64,000 nucleotides of DNA. Source: Candidatus Cloacimonadota bacterium (GTDB lineage Bacteria > Cloacimonadota > Cloacimonadia > JGIOTU-2). Shown one piece after another: positions 54,269 to 63,520 of the stretch. The notes beneath the pieces are model-generated. The model searched no databases. It was not told the DNA's origin and worked only from the letters and a program-made list of their open reading frames with translations. The position numbers and the translations under genes are program-made. The DNA is taken from assembly GCA_049903315.1 (NCBI GenBank), contig JBNGBT010000005.1, forward strand, positions 128,001 through 192,000. Direction: 5' to 3'. Numbering within the stretch: position 1 is the stretch's first letter; each line of letters opens with the position of its first letter.

Positions 54269-54283
54269 ATTAGGAGTTTTTAT

Positions 54284-56641
54284 ATGGATGATTTAAAATA
54301 TGTTGGAAAACCTATTGTTAGGATAGATGGGAAAGATAAAGTAAGCGGTGCAACTCTTTATACAGATGATCTTGAGTACGGACAGAATATGCTCTACGCT
54401 GCACTTGTGGAAAGCACAGAAGCTCATGCGCTTATCAAGAAAATAGATACTTCCGAAGCTGAAAAATATCCACGAGTGATCGCAGTATTCACCGGCCAAG
54501 ATTTTCCCTATAAATTTGGACTCTACATGAAGGACAGATATATTTTTGCAATGGATCGGGTACGCTTTGTAGGAGAGCAAATCGCAGCAGTGGTTTCCCG
54601 AGATAAAAGAATTGCCGAACGAGCAGCAAAACTGGTAAAAGTAGAATATGAGTCATTACCAGCAATACTTGATCAGATGGAATCATTAAAAAAGGATGCT
54701 ACACTCATCCATCCTGATCTTGGAGAATACGTACATGTTCCGTGGTTTTTTCCTCAAGCAAAAACAAATATTGCTCACTGGCGTAAAACGAGACGTGGTG
54801 ATGTTGAAAAAGGTTTCGCAGAAGCAGATTATATCCTCGAAGATACATATCGTGTTCCAAGATATGCGCATTGTCCGATCGAAACGCATGCGGCGGTCGG
54901 TTTGTGTGATCTCTCAGGCAGGTTGACTGTCTGGGCATCATCGCAGTCCCCGCATACGCAAAGAAATCTCTTTGCTGAAGCACTTGCTCCATTAGGTTTT
55001 ACCCATAAAGACATACGTGTGATTGCTCCTCCAATCGGTGGGGGATTTGGCGGAAAAGCAGGTGTCTCAATGGAGATACTTGCAGCAGCAATGGCAACAA
55101 AACTGCGTGGAAATCCCGTGCAGGTCATCTGGTCGCGTGAAAGGGAATTTTATAATACCTCACAACGACTTGGAGTGATCGCAAAACTCAAAATCGGTGT
55201 AAAAAATGATGGCACATTTACTGCAATAGATCACAGACTGTATTGGGATGCAGGTGCATCAGCAGAATATGGCGCAAATGTCGTGAATGCGATCGGACTT
55301 TCAGCAACCGGACCCTATCGCTTCCCAAATATCTTAATTGATTCAGTGTGCTTGTACACGAACCTTCCTCCATGCGGTGCATATCGTGGATTTGGCTATT
55401 CTGAGTTCATGTTCGGACTGGAATCCCATGTGGACAGAATTGCAGCACATCTCAAACTCGATCCTGTCGCACTCAGGAGAAAAAATGCTATTAAAGAAGG
55501 TGATATTCTTGCATATGGTGTTCCCATGAATCCCAGCGGATTACATCAAGCGATAGATGCAGTTGCTAAAGAGATCGAGTGGGGAAAGAAAGAAGAAACC
55601 AAAGATCCTCATAAAGCGATTGGAAAGGGTTTCTCGCTTATATGGAAAGCACCTGCAATGCCTCCCAATGCTTCATCAGCAGCTTTTGTAAAATTCAGTG
55701 AAGACGGAAGTTTGAATATTCTTGTTTCAGGTATGGATATGGGACAGGGATTTCTTACGGTCATGGCTCAAATTGCTGCAGAAATTCTTACTGTTCCTGT
55801 CTCCAAGATACGAACGGAAAATCCCGATACTGACAGAAATCCGTATGAATGGCAGACCGTTGCTTCACACGTTACATGGTCATGCGGAAACGCAGTGCGG
55901 AATGCAGCGATTAATGCACGAGATCAGATATTTGAGGTGATTGAAAGGGCATGTGTGCTTCCCAAAAATGAATTATATCTTGAAGATGAAAAAGTAAAGT
56001 GCAGAACAAAACCTGATTTTGCGCTCCCGCTCAAAGATTTTGTAATAAACGGCATTCAAGCTGAAGACGGGACTTTCAGAGGAGGTCCTATTCTCGGAAA
56101 AGGTATTTTCATGCCTGAGTTCACTTCTGCGTACAGTGATCCCGAAACAAGTCAGGGCGGTCATCCAAATGTGCATTATACAGTCGGTGCAGCAGCAATA
56201 ATCCTGGAAGTGGATAAAGATACAGGTAAGATGCACATCAAAAAAGCAGTGGAAGCGATCGATGCAGGTAAAGCGATAAATCCCGATCTGGTGAAAGGTC
56301 AAATTACAGGCGGATTGCTTCAGGGACTTTCCACGGTGCTCTATGAAGATATGAGATATGATGACAAAGGAAAATTACTCAATCCGAATTTTACTGATTA
56401 TAAAATTCCAACTGCAAAAGATATTCCTGACGAAATAGTGCCGATCATTATCGAAGTTCCTCAACCGGATGGACCTTTTGGTGCGCGTGGTGTGGGTGAG
56501 CATACGATGATCCCGGCAGCTCCAATGGTGGCAAATGCAGTGCAGGATGCCCTCGGTATCAGGATAAAAACCATGCCGATCACTGCGGAAAAAGTTGCAC
56601 TCGCTGTACTCAAAAATAAAAATAAGAAAAATCAGAAATAA
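54284..56641 (+). CDS. Xanthine dehydrogenase family molybdopterin-binding subunit
   Basis: RIDGKDKVSG, VRFVGE, GGGFGGK, AYRGFG, DMGQG, DAGKAINP, GQITGG, DYKIPT, GPFGARGVGE (catalytic Glu). Confidence 0.95.
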   Translation: MDDLKYVGKPIVRIDGKDKVSGATLYTDDLEYGQNMLYAALVESTEAHALIKKIDTSEAEKYPRVIAVFTGQDFPYKFGLYMKDRYIFAMDRVRFVGEQIAAVVSRDKRIAERAAKLVKVEYESLPAILDQMESLKKDATLIHPDLGEYVHVPWFFPQAKTNIAHWRKTRRGDVEKGFAEADYILEDTYRVPRYAHCPIETHAAVGLCDLSGRLTVWASSQSPHTQRNLFAEALAPLGFTHKDIRVIAPPIGGGFGGKAGVSMEILAAAMATKLRGNPVQVIWSREREFYNTSQRLGVIAKLKIGVKNDGTFTAIDHRLYWDAGASAEYGANVVNAIGLSATGPYRFPNILIDSVCLYTNLPPCGAYRGFGYSEFMFGLESHVDRIAAHLKLDPVALRRKNAIKEGDILAYGVPMNPSGLHQAIDAVAKEIEWGKKEETKDPHKAIGKGFSLIWKAPAMPPNASSAAFVKFSEDGSLNILVSGMDMGQGFLTVMAQIAAEILTVPVSKIRTENPDTDRNPYEWQTVASHVTWSCGNAVRNAAINARDQIFEVIERACVLPKNELYLEDEKVKCRTKPDFALPLKDFVINGIQAEDGTFRGGPILGKGIFMPEFTSAYSDPETSQGGHPNVHYTVGAAAIILEVDKDTGKMHIKKAVEAIDAGKAINPDLVKGQITGGLLQGLSTVLYEDMRYDDKGKLLNPNFTDYKIPTAKDIPDEIVPIIIEVPQPDGPFGARGVGEHTMIPAAPMVANAVQDALGIRIKTMPITAEKVALAVLKNKNKKNQK

Positions 56642-56677
56642 ATATTCATTATAAATAATAAATACGGAGGATACAAG

Positions 56678-57373
56678 ATGGATGTAGAATTGGAAAAAAT
56701 GTTGCGACCTGTGGAGATTGATATGCCGGAATATCCGGCAAAAGTAATTACTTTGGCAACAGGCGGACAGATGGTTGTCCGTCCGGCAACACGAAGGGAT
56801 GTGCCAACGATCTTGAAGGCAGTTAAATCTACAATAAAGATCGAGCGAGATTTCTATGATGTGGTCGGCTCACGTGTGTATGCCGAGCTCCTTGCCTGGT
56901 ATAAATATCGCTACAGAAATTGCTATGTGCTTATCGGACAGATCAATAATATTCTTGTGGGTATGGTGAATGGACGCATGCTCACAGACAAGATCGGCAT
57001 CAGTCTGCATACACTGGCAATTGAGCGTGGGCTACGCATCGGCGCTCATCTTTTTGCGGCAAAAATGGAACATCATATTGAATTTCTTAACCAGGACGAG
57101 GTATGGATCACTGCGGAATCTCCTATCGGTTTTAGGCGTTGGATGATAGAGTATGATCTGATAAAACAGCCGGGTGTACAGCACGAGCTTGGCGGTGCGG
57201 ATTCTTTTATGCTGACAAGAGACCTGTATTTCAAGAGTAAGGATCGGCTTGTCGCAGGAACCCGACCCTGTCCGGAAGATCTTCTTGAAAAAGCAAAGAG
57301 CAAGATCATTATTGCTGATGATGAATCAATTGTCACACAGATCTGTGGTGCGAAAGGAGCGTGGTCAAAATGA
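56678..57373 (+). CDS. Putative GNAT-fold N-acyltransferase
   Basis: VVRPATRRD start, central beta strands, RGLRIGAHL resembling acyl-CoA motif A; GGAGG RBS; coupled to the thiolase by an ATGA overlap. Confidence 0.5.
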   Translation: MDVELEKMLRPVEIDMPEYPAKVITLATGGQMVVRPATRRDVPTILKAVKSTIKIERDFYDVVGSRVYAELLAWYKYRYRNCYVLIGQINNILVGMVNGRMLTDKIGISLHTLAIERGLRIGAHLFAAKMEHHIEFLNQDEVWITAESPIGFRRWMIEYDLIKQPGVQHELGGADSFMLTRDLYFKSKDRLVAGTRPCPEDLLEKAKSKIIIADDESIVTQICGAKGAWSK

Positions 57374-58554
57374 GAAATGTCGCAATATTAGGTGTCGGAA
57401 TGACCGATTTCGGAAGGTTGGAAGATGATACTCTTATGGATATTCTATCATCGGCTTCCATCCATGCAATTGATGACGCAGGTATCGATCCTAAATTGAT
57501 CGATCTGGTATATGTCGCAAATATGGGGGGAGGTATCCTGAATCATAGAACAGCTATTGCTAGTGGTCTGGTTGATAATATTGGATTGATCCCTGCTGCT
57601 GCCGACACGATTGAGAACGGACCTGCTTCCGGTGGTTCTGCTATCAAGGACGGTGTGATGGCTGTTGCTTCCGGCTATTATGATTTTGTTCTCGTAGTTG
57701 GCGGAGAAAAGATGAGAGATGTAACCGGTTGGAGAGCAACGGATTTCGTGGCTACTTTGACCCATCCCGATGCGGAATATATTTATGGGATTACTTTGCC
57801 CGGTATGGCTGGGATGTTCGCAAATCTCTATATGGAAAAATATGGATATACCCGTCGTCATCTCGCTGAAGTTGCAATAAAAAATCATAAAAATGCACTG
57901 ATGAATCCTTATGCACATGTTCAAATGGACATTGCCATGAAGGGTATTATTGATTCTCCTGATGCAGTTGTGAATAACTCTCCACTTGCGGAACCCTTGC
58001 ATTTGTTTGACTCCTGTCCTGTAAGCGACGGAGGTGCCGCAATTATTCTTTGCCCTGAAGATCGGGTGAAGGAATTCAATAAACCTGTGATACGAGTCGC
58101 AGGATTCGGACAAGCAACAGATACACTCACTCTTGCAGAAAGGGATGATCCTACTGACCTGAAAGCTGTTACTCTTGCATGTGAGCAGGCATACAAAAGA
58201 GCAGGTATCACTGCAAAGGATATTGATTTTGCTGAACTGCACGACGCATTCACCATTTTGGAGATCGCTGAAGCAGAACATGCAGGACTGTATAAAAAGG
58301 GGGGATATAAAAAAGCAATCGAGTCGGGGGATAACAAGATCACAGGCAGTCTGCCGATCAATCCTTCAGGCGGATTAAAATCCAGAGGTCATCCTGTGGG
58401 TGCTACGGGTGTGGCACAAGCAGTGGAAGTGACGTGGCAGTTGCGTGGAGAAGCAGGCGGAAGACAGGTGAAGAACGCCAAAACAGCTTTAACAGTGAAT
58501 TTTGGCGGATTCGGAAACAATGTCGTTGCTCTTGTGCTCAGAAGGGAGAAATAA
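57370..58554 (+). CDS. SCP2/archaeal-type thiolase-fold protein lacking the nucleophilic Cys
   Basis: VAILGVGMT.FG, ENGPASG (normally ExACASG), GGEKM, KNH.NA..NPYA, SDGGAA, ELHDAF, NPSGGL.SRGHPVGATG, NFGG. Confidence 0.9.
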   Translation: MRNVAILGVGMTDFGRLEDDTLMDILSSASIHAIDDAGIDPKLIDLVYVANMGGGILNHRTAIASGLVDNIGLIPAAADTIENGPASGGSAIKDGVMAVASGYYDFVLVVGGEKMRDVTGWRATDFVATLTHPDAEYIYGITLPGMAGMFANLYMEKYGYTRRHLAEVAIKNHKNALMNPYAHVQMDIAMKGIIDSPDAVVNNSPLAEPLHLFDSCPVSDGGAAIILCPEDRVKEFNKPVIRVAGFGQATDTLTLAERDDPTDLKAVTLACEQAYKRAGITAKDIDFAELHDAFTILEIAEAEHAGLYKKGGYKKAIESGDNKITGSLPINPSGGLKSRGHPVGATGVAQAVEVTWQLRGEAGGRQVKNAKTALTVNFGGFGNNVVALVLRREK

Positions 58555-58898
58555 TGAAAAGAAAAAATGACAAAGCATATAAATGTAAGAAGTGCGGGAG
58601 AGTCACCTATCCGGAGCGCGTTGTGTGTCTGAATTGCGGAAGTCGAGAATTTGATATTATCCCTTTTACAGATGAATGCACTTTACTCACCTTCTCACAG
58701 ATCTTCCAGTTGCCATGGGGTATCAATGACAGGTATCTTACTCTTGGAGTGTGCAAATTTGATAACGGCATAAAAGCAATGGGACGAATCACAACTCCGA
58801 AAGTAAAAAATGGTATGAGAATGAAAGCAAATTGGAAGTTATTCCGGGAAATTGCTGGCGAAGACGTTTGGGGATGGGAGTTTGAACCGATAAAATAG
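58554..58898 (+). CDS. DUF35 (Zn-ribbon + OB-fold) acyl-CoA-binding partner protein
   Basis: CKKCG...YPER.VC.NCG followed by an OB-fold; TAATG overlap with the thiolase stop. Confidence 0.88.
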   Translation: MKRKNDKAYKCKKCGRVTYPERVVCLNCGSREFDIIPFTDECTLLTFSQIFQLPWGINDRYLTLGVCKFDNGIKAMGRITTPKVKNGMRMKANWKLFREIAGEDVWGWEFEPIK

Positions 58899-59031
58899 AA
58901 GATATTAGACTTGTAGTTTCTACATGCCCTGAAAAGAAATATGATTGAGAAAGGTCTTTGATGAGCTTAATCGAGCATATCACAGTGTAATATATAGAGC
59001 AGTGATTTAAATGTATAAATGAGGAGAAAAA

Positions 59032-59469
59032 GTGAAAATCGGTATATTTATTTGTGACAGATTCAGCACCTGTGCCGGCGGGAAATGCCTGAGAGCAATG
59101 CGGAACCGCGAGGGTGCCTTTAATGTTTATGATAAGAGTGAACCTCTTGAAGTGGTGGGCTACACCTCTTGCGGCGGATGTCCCGGCGGAAACATAGAAT
59201 ATGCACCTGTCGAGATGATTAAAAATGGCGCAGAAGCGATTCATCTGGCTACCGGATTTGTCGTCGGTTATCCTCCATGCCCACATATTATACAATTTAA
59301 AAAATTCATTGAAGAAAAGTACGATATTCCCGTCGTGATCGGGACACATCCGATTCCGCAGAATTATTACATTACACATACAAATCTCGGAACATGGGAA
59401 TCACCCGAGTGGGACGAGATCATCAAGCCGACACTTGCAGATGAGGTTATGCGCAAATCGTATGATTGA
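59032..59469 (+). CDS. CGGC domain-containing protein
   Basis: IGIFIC...CAGGKCL, SCGGCPG, IHLATG, CP, VVIGTH. Confidence 0.9.
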   Translation: MKIGIFICDRFSTCAGGKCLRAMRNREGAFNVYDKSEPLEVVGYTSCGGCPGGNIEYAPVEMIKNGAEAIHLATGFVVGYPPCPHIIQFKKFIEEKYDIPVVIGTHPIPQNYYITHTNLGTWESPEWDEIIKPTLADEVMRKSYD

Positions 59470-59548
59470 GAAATGGTACTTAGGAAGAATACATTTATTG
59501 AGATTTTTCCGAATTTTAATTGTATTGATGTACTCAAATAAATGAATG

Positions 59549-59557
59549 TGGTATGAT
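59549..59557 (+). promoter_or_regulatory. Possible extended -10 promoter for the permease
   Basis: TGGTATGAT (TGn-TATGAT) upstream of the GAGGTG RBS and GTG start. Confidence 0.35.
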
Positions 59558-59574
59558 AAAAATGAGGTGTTAAT

Positions 59575-60828
59575 GTGAAAGACTTAAACGGCAAAAATTT
59601 TGTTATTGGTTTTCAACAGATGTTCGTGATGTTTGGTGCCACTGTTCTTGTGCCGCTGCTCACCGGTTTGGATGTGGGTGTAACACTCTTCTCTGCAGGT
59701 ATTGGCACACTTTTATTTCATGTGATCACCAAGTTTAAGGTGCCTGTTTTTTTAGGTTCATCTTTTGCCTTTATTCCGGGTATCATTGCAGTATCCACCG
59801 CAAAAGGCGGCTCATTGCCGGAAGCCCTGGGCGGCGTTGTGATCGCAGGTTTGGTCTATATTGTCGTTGCCATTATCTTTAAATTTATCAGCGTAAAAAC
59901 ATTACATAAGATACTGCCCCCATTTGTCACAGGACCAATGATAATCCTCATCGGTTTGATACTGGCACCGGTCGCGATCAGCAATGCAAACGGAACGAAT
60001 TCAGCAGCGGTAGTTGAGATGATCGGTGTGAATGGCTGCTGGTTTATTGCTTTGTGTACATTTGCAGTGGCAGTTTTTGTAAAAATCTTCTTCGCAAAAG
60101 TGGGGCAGAAATTCTTATCAATGCTTCCTGTCCTTTTTGCGCTTGTTATCGGCTACCTGCTGTCAATCTTGTTAGGAATAGTTGATTTTACCACAGTTAA
60201 TGAAGCTGCCTGGATCGGTTTGCCGAAGTTTTCGCTTCCGGTTTTTTCAGTGCGTTCAATATCAATAATCGCACCAATTGCAATAGTGACCATTGTAGAA
60301 CACTTCGGTGATATTCTTGCAATCGGAAATGTAGTGGGAAAGGATTTTTTCAAAGATCCGGGCATACATAGAACATTGATGGGTGACGGACTCGCGACGT
60401 CACTTTCTGCGATGATCGGTGGACCTGCAAATACCACGTATAGTGAAAATACAGGCGCCGTAGCTCTAACAGGAAATTATAATCCGATTATTATGAGAAT
60501 TGCTGCAGTGTGCGCAATTGTGCTTTCTTTGGTCCCGAAATTTACCGCAGTTATCTCTACAATTCCAGTGCCGGTCATCGGTGGAATATCGATCTTGCTC
60601 TTTGGAATGATCTCTGCAATTGGTATCAAGAACATGGTTGATAACAAAGTTGATCTTACAGACCCCAAGATCCTCATGACATGCGCTGCAATGCTTGTTT
60701 TGGGATTGGGTGGAGCAAAATTTACTATCGGAAATTTCGAACTCGAAGGTTTGGGGCTTGCTGCAATTGTGGGAGTCCTTCTCAATATCATTTTGAATTT
60801 TAAGGAGATAGCATCAAAGCAAGAATAG
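59575..60828 (+). CDS. NCS2/NAT nucleobase permease, UraA/PyrP-type
   Basis: Q.MF.MFGATVLVP, FLGSSFAFI, EHFGD, DPG.HRTL.GDG, NTTYSENTG, VIGG..ILLFG.I. Confidence 0.93.
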   Translation: MKDLNGKNFVIGFQQMFVMFGATVLVPLLTGLDVGVTLFSAGIGTLLFHVITKFKVPVFLGSSFAFIPGIIAVSTAKGGSLPEALGGVVIAGLVYIVVAIIFKFISVKTLHKILPPFVTGPMIILIGLILAPVAISNANGTNSAAVVEMIGVNGCWFIALCTFAVAVFVKIFFAKVGQKFLSMLPVLFALVIGYLLSILLGIVDFTTVNEAAWIGLPKFSLPVFSVRSISIIAPIAIVTIVEHFGDILAIGNVVGKDFFKDPGIHRTLMGDGLATSLSAMIGGPANTTYSENTGAVALTGNYNPIIMRIAAVCAIVLSLVPKFTAVISTIPVPVIGGISILLFGMISAIGIKNMVDNKVDLTDPKILMTCAAMLVLGLGGAKFTIGNFELEGLGLAAIVGVLLNIILNFKEIASKQE

Positions 60829-60996
60829 CATTATTCATTAGGAAGTGCATACAGTTCATCGATTAAATTCATGAAGTAAGGTTGGGGGTATCTATACTAT
60901 AGAAATTTTAAACTTGACGTGATAAATTTATTTTTTAAAAGAATAAATAGTGTTTTAAGTACTTTGAATTTTCTTTAAAATTTATTAGGACATCAT

Positions 60997-63165
60997 GTGA
61001 AAAAAAGAATAATTTCGATCATTTTTTTTCTAGTACTGCTACTTTCTACTTCTGAATTATATTCACAACAACAAAGGACATTTCGTGTTGGAGTATATAA
61101 CAACTATCCCAAAGTATATATCACTGATCAGGGAGATGTGCTGGGAATATATCCTGAGTTGCTTGATTATATTGCATTACAAGAAAACTGGAATATTGAA
61201 TATATTGAAGGAACATGGAATGAGGGACTGCAACGGCTTGAAAATGCTGAAATCGATATGATGGTGGATGTAGCTTTTTCTGAAGAAAGAGAAAAAAAAT
61301 ATGATTTTAACAATGAGACAATTTTAATAAACTGGGGTTGTATTTATACAAAATCCAAACTAAATATTAACTCCGTTGTTGATTTGAACGGAAAAACTGT
61401 CGCAGTAATGAAGGAGAGCATTCATACTACAGGTGAAGACGGCATATATAAACTTGTTGATCAGTTTAGGGTGAAGTGTTCATTTATCGAAGTGAATGAT
61501 TATTATGAAGTATTTGATCTGATAAAAAAGGGGGAGGTTGATGCAGGAGTGGTCAACCGGATATTTGGTGCAGATTTCGAAGATAAGTATGGTGTAAAGA
61601 AAACCAATTTTATCTTCAATCCAATTCAGCTTAGATTTGCGTTTCCTAAAAATTCTCTCCTCTCAGAATATTTAATAACAGAGATCGATGAAAATCTGAA
61701 AGTACTGCAAAAAAATACAAATTCAATATATTACACTACCTTAGCAAGATACAACCTTTATCCTAAGAAAGGAGTTCCTGAGTGGTTGATCCCTCTTATT
61801 ACTGCTTTGATTATAATTACTATATTTTTTATTTTGATGTATCTCCTCATGAAGTGGAATATAAAGCAGCAAACGCGAGTTCTTAAAATTACAAATCTTG
61901 AACTAAAGAAGGAGATCGCAGAACATCAGCAAACCCTAAAGGAATTGGAGATCAGCAGAGAGAACTATAGAAATTTTGTAGAAAATATTCCAGGTTTGGT
62001 CTATATGTACGACCAGGATGAGTACGGTACAAGAACGCCGGTTCTGAGCACAAATAGGAATGAGGAATTTCTCGGTAAAGATGTGGCAGAGGAGATTGAG
62101 AAAAATTATAGCAGTTTCTTCGATTATATTCTTCCTGAAGATAAAAAAAGAATACAGAGACTATCCAAAGAGGTGGAAAATTCAGGAAAAGCTTTTAATT
62201 ATGAATACAGAGTCCATATCCCTGATAATCAGATAAAATGGTTCAGATCGATTGGGCGTGTGAAAATACTCCCTGATGGAAAGCGAAGATGGCAGGGTGT
62301 AATACTGGATATTAATGAGCGGAAAAAAGCGGAACAGGAACTTGAACTGTATCGTGGACAGCTAGAAAAACTAGTGAAAACCAGAACAGAGGATCTTGAA
62401 CAAAAGACTAAAGAACTGGAAAAAGCAAACATAGAACTGACAGAAGCAGATAAACTCAAATCAATATTCCTCGCTAGTATGAGTCATGAACTCAGAACTC
62501 CACTTAACTCAATTATCGGATTTACCGGCATACTTCTTATGGGCATGGTGGGAGAACTCTCGACTGAACAGAAGACTCAGTTGAAGATCGTTAAAAATAG
62601 TGCAAATCATTTATTAGAACTCATTAATGACATACTCGATATTTCTAAGATTGAAGCAGGGAAAGTGGATCTTCATAAAGAAACATTTATGATGAATGAT
62701 ATAATCACAGAGGTATTGGAGACATTCAAACACAGCGCAGATGAAAAAGGATTAGAACTCATTATACAATTTGATGAGAACATCGAAGTCTATACGGACC
62801 TGAGAAGATTCAAGCAGGTGATCATCAATCTTGTTGGGAATGCGGTCAAATTTACGGATCAAGGCAGTGTGAATGTTATTACTGAACTCAAAGATGGCGG
62901 AGAAGTAGACATTACTGTGAAAGATACAGGTGTCGGGATTAAAAAAGAAGATATGGGGAAACTGTTTGAGCCGTTCCAGCAGGTCGATTCCGAGCTTACA
63001 AAAAAACGTGAAGGTACAGGTTTGGGTCTTCATCTGACACAGAAGATCATGGATCTATTGAATGGGAAAATACATGTAGAAAGTATACCTGGAGAAGGTA
63101 CAATTTTTATAATGACCTTCCTACACATTATAAAGGATAATAATGAAGAAAGTATTAGTAATTGA
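60997..63165 (+). CDS. Sensor histidine kinase (periplasmic solute-binding domain, TM, PAS, HisKA, HATPase)
   Basis: RVGVYNNYP SBP-like region, PAS (YEYR..KWFR...G...DI.ERK), FLASMSHELRTPLN, NLVGNAVKFT, DTGVGI, GTGLGL. Confidence 0.95.
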   Translation: MKKRIISIIFFLVLLLSTSELYSQQQRTFRVGVYNNYPKVYITDQGDVLGIYPELLDYIALQENWNIEYIEGTWNEGLQRLENAEIDMMVDVAFSEEREKKYDFNNETILINWGCIYTKSKLNINSVVDLNGKTVAVMKESIHTTGEDGIYKLVDQFRVKCSFIEVNDYYEVFDLIKKGEVDAGVVNRIFGADFEDKYGVKKTNFIFNPIQLRFAFPKNSLLSEYLITEIDENLKVLQKNTNSIYYTTLARYNLYPKKGVPEWLIPLITALIIITIFFILMYLLMKWNIKQQTRVLKITNLELKKEIAEHQQTLKELEISRENYRNFVENIPGLVYMYDQDEYGTRTPVLSTNRNEEFLGKDVAEEIEKNYSSFFDYILPEDKKRIQRLSKEVENSGKAFNYEYRVHIPDNQIKWFRSIGRVKILPDGKRRWQGVILDINERKKAEQELELYRGQLEKLVKTRTEDLEQKTKELEKANIELTEADKLKSIFLASMSHELRTPLNSIIGFTGILLMGMVGELSTEQKTQLKIVKNSANHLLELINDILDISKIEAGKVDLHKETFMMNDIITEVLETFKHSADEKGLELIIQFDENIEVYTDLRRFKQVIINLVGNAVKFTDQGSVNVITELKDGGEVDITVKDTGVGIKKEDMGKLFEPFQQVDSELTKKREGTGLGLHLTQKIMDLLNGKIHVESIPGEGTIFIMTFLHIIKDNNEESISN

Positions 63166-63502
63166 AGACAACGAAGCAAATCTCTATCTGATAAGCTTTA
63201 TCCTCAAACAGAATGATCTGGAAGTGATCAGTACAAAAAAAGGAATAAAGGGTGTTGAACTTGCACTCACAGAACAACCCAATCTTATCATCATGGATAT
63301 TCAACTGCCCGATATCAATGGACTTGAAGCAACCAAGCGAATCAGGAAAGATGAAAAAGGAAAAGACCTAACAATCGTTGCATTAACGTCTTATGCTATG
63401 GCAGGAGACCGTGAAAAGGCATTACAAGCCGGGTGCACGGGCTATATGGAAAAACCAATAAATCCGGAATTTTTTATAAAGGAGCTAAATAAATATCTTT
63501 AG
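63143..63502 (+). CDS. Single-domain response regulator (DivK/CheY-like)
   Basis: VIEDN, MDIQLP..NG, ALTSYAM.GD, KPI. Confidence 0.93.
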   Translation: MKKVLVIEDNEANLYLISFILKQNDLEVISTKKGIKGVELALTEQPNLIIMDIQLPDINGLEATKRIRKDEKGKDLTIVALTSYAMAGDREKALQAGCTGYMEKPINPEFFIKELNKYL

Positions 63503-63520
63503 CTTCGAAAGGATGTAATA

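Noticed and set aside
57448..58281. 277-aa antisense ORF
   Set aside because: Lies wholly opposite the thiolase gene, with no motifs or RBS; shadow ORF.
58789..59379. 196-aa antisense ORF
   Set aside because: Overlaps the DUF35 and CGGC genes on the opposite strand; no recognisable features.
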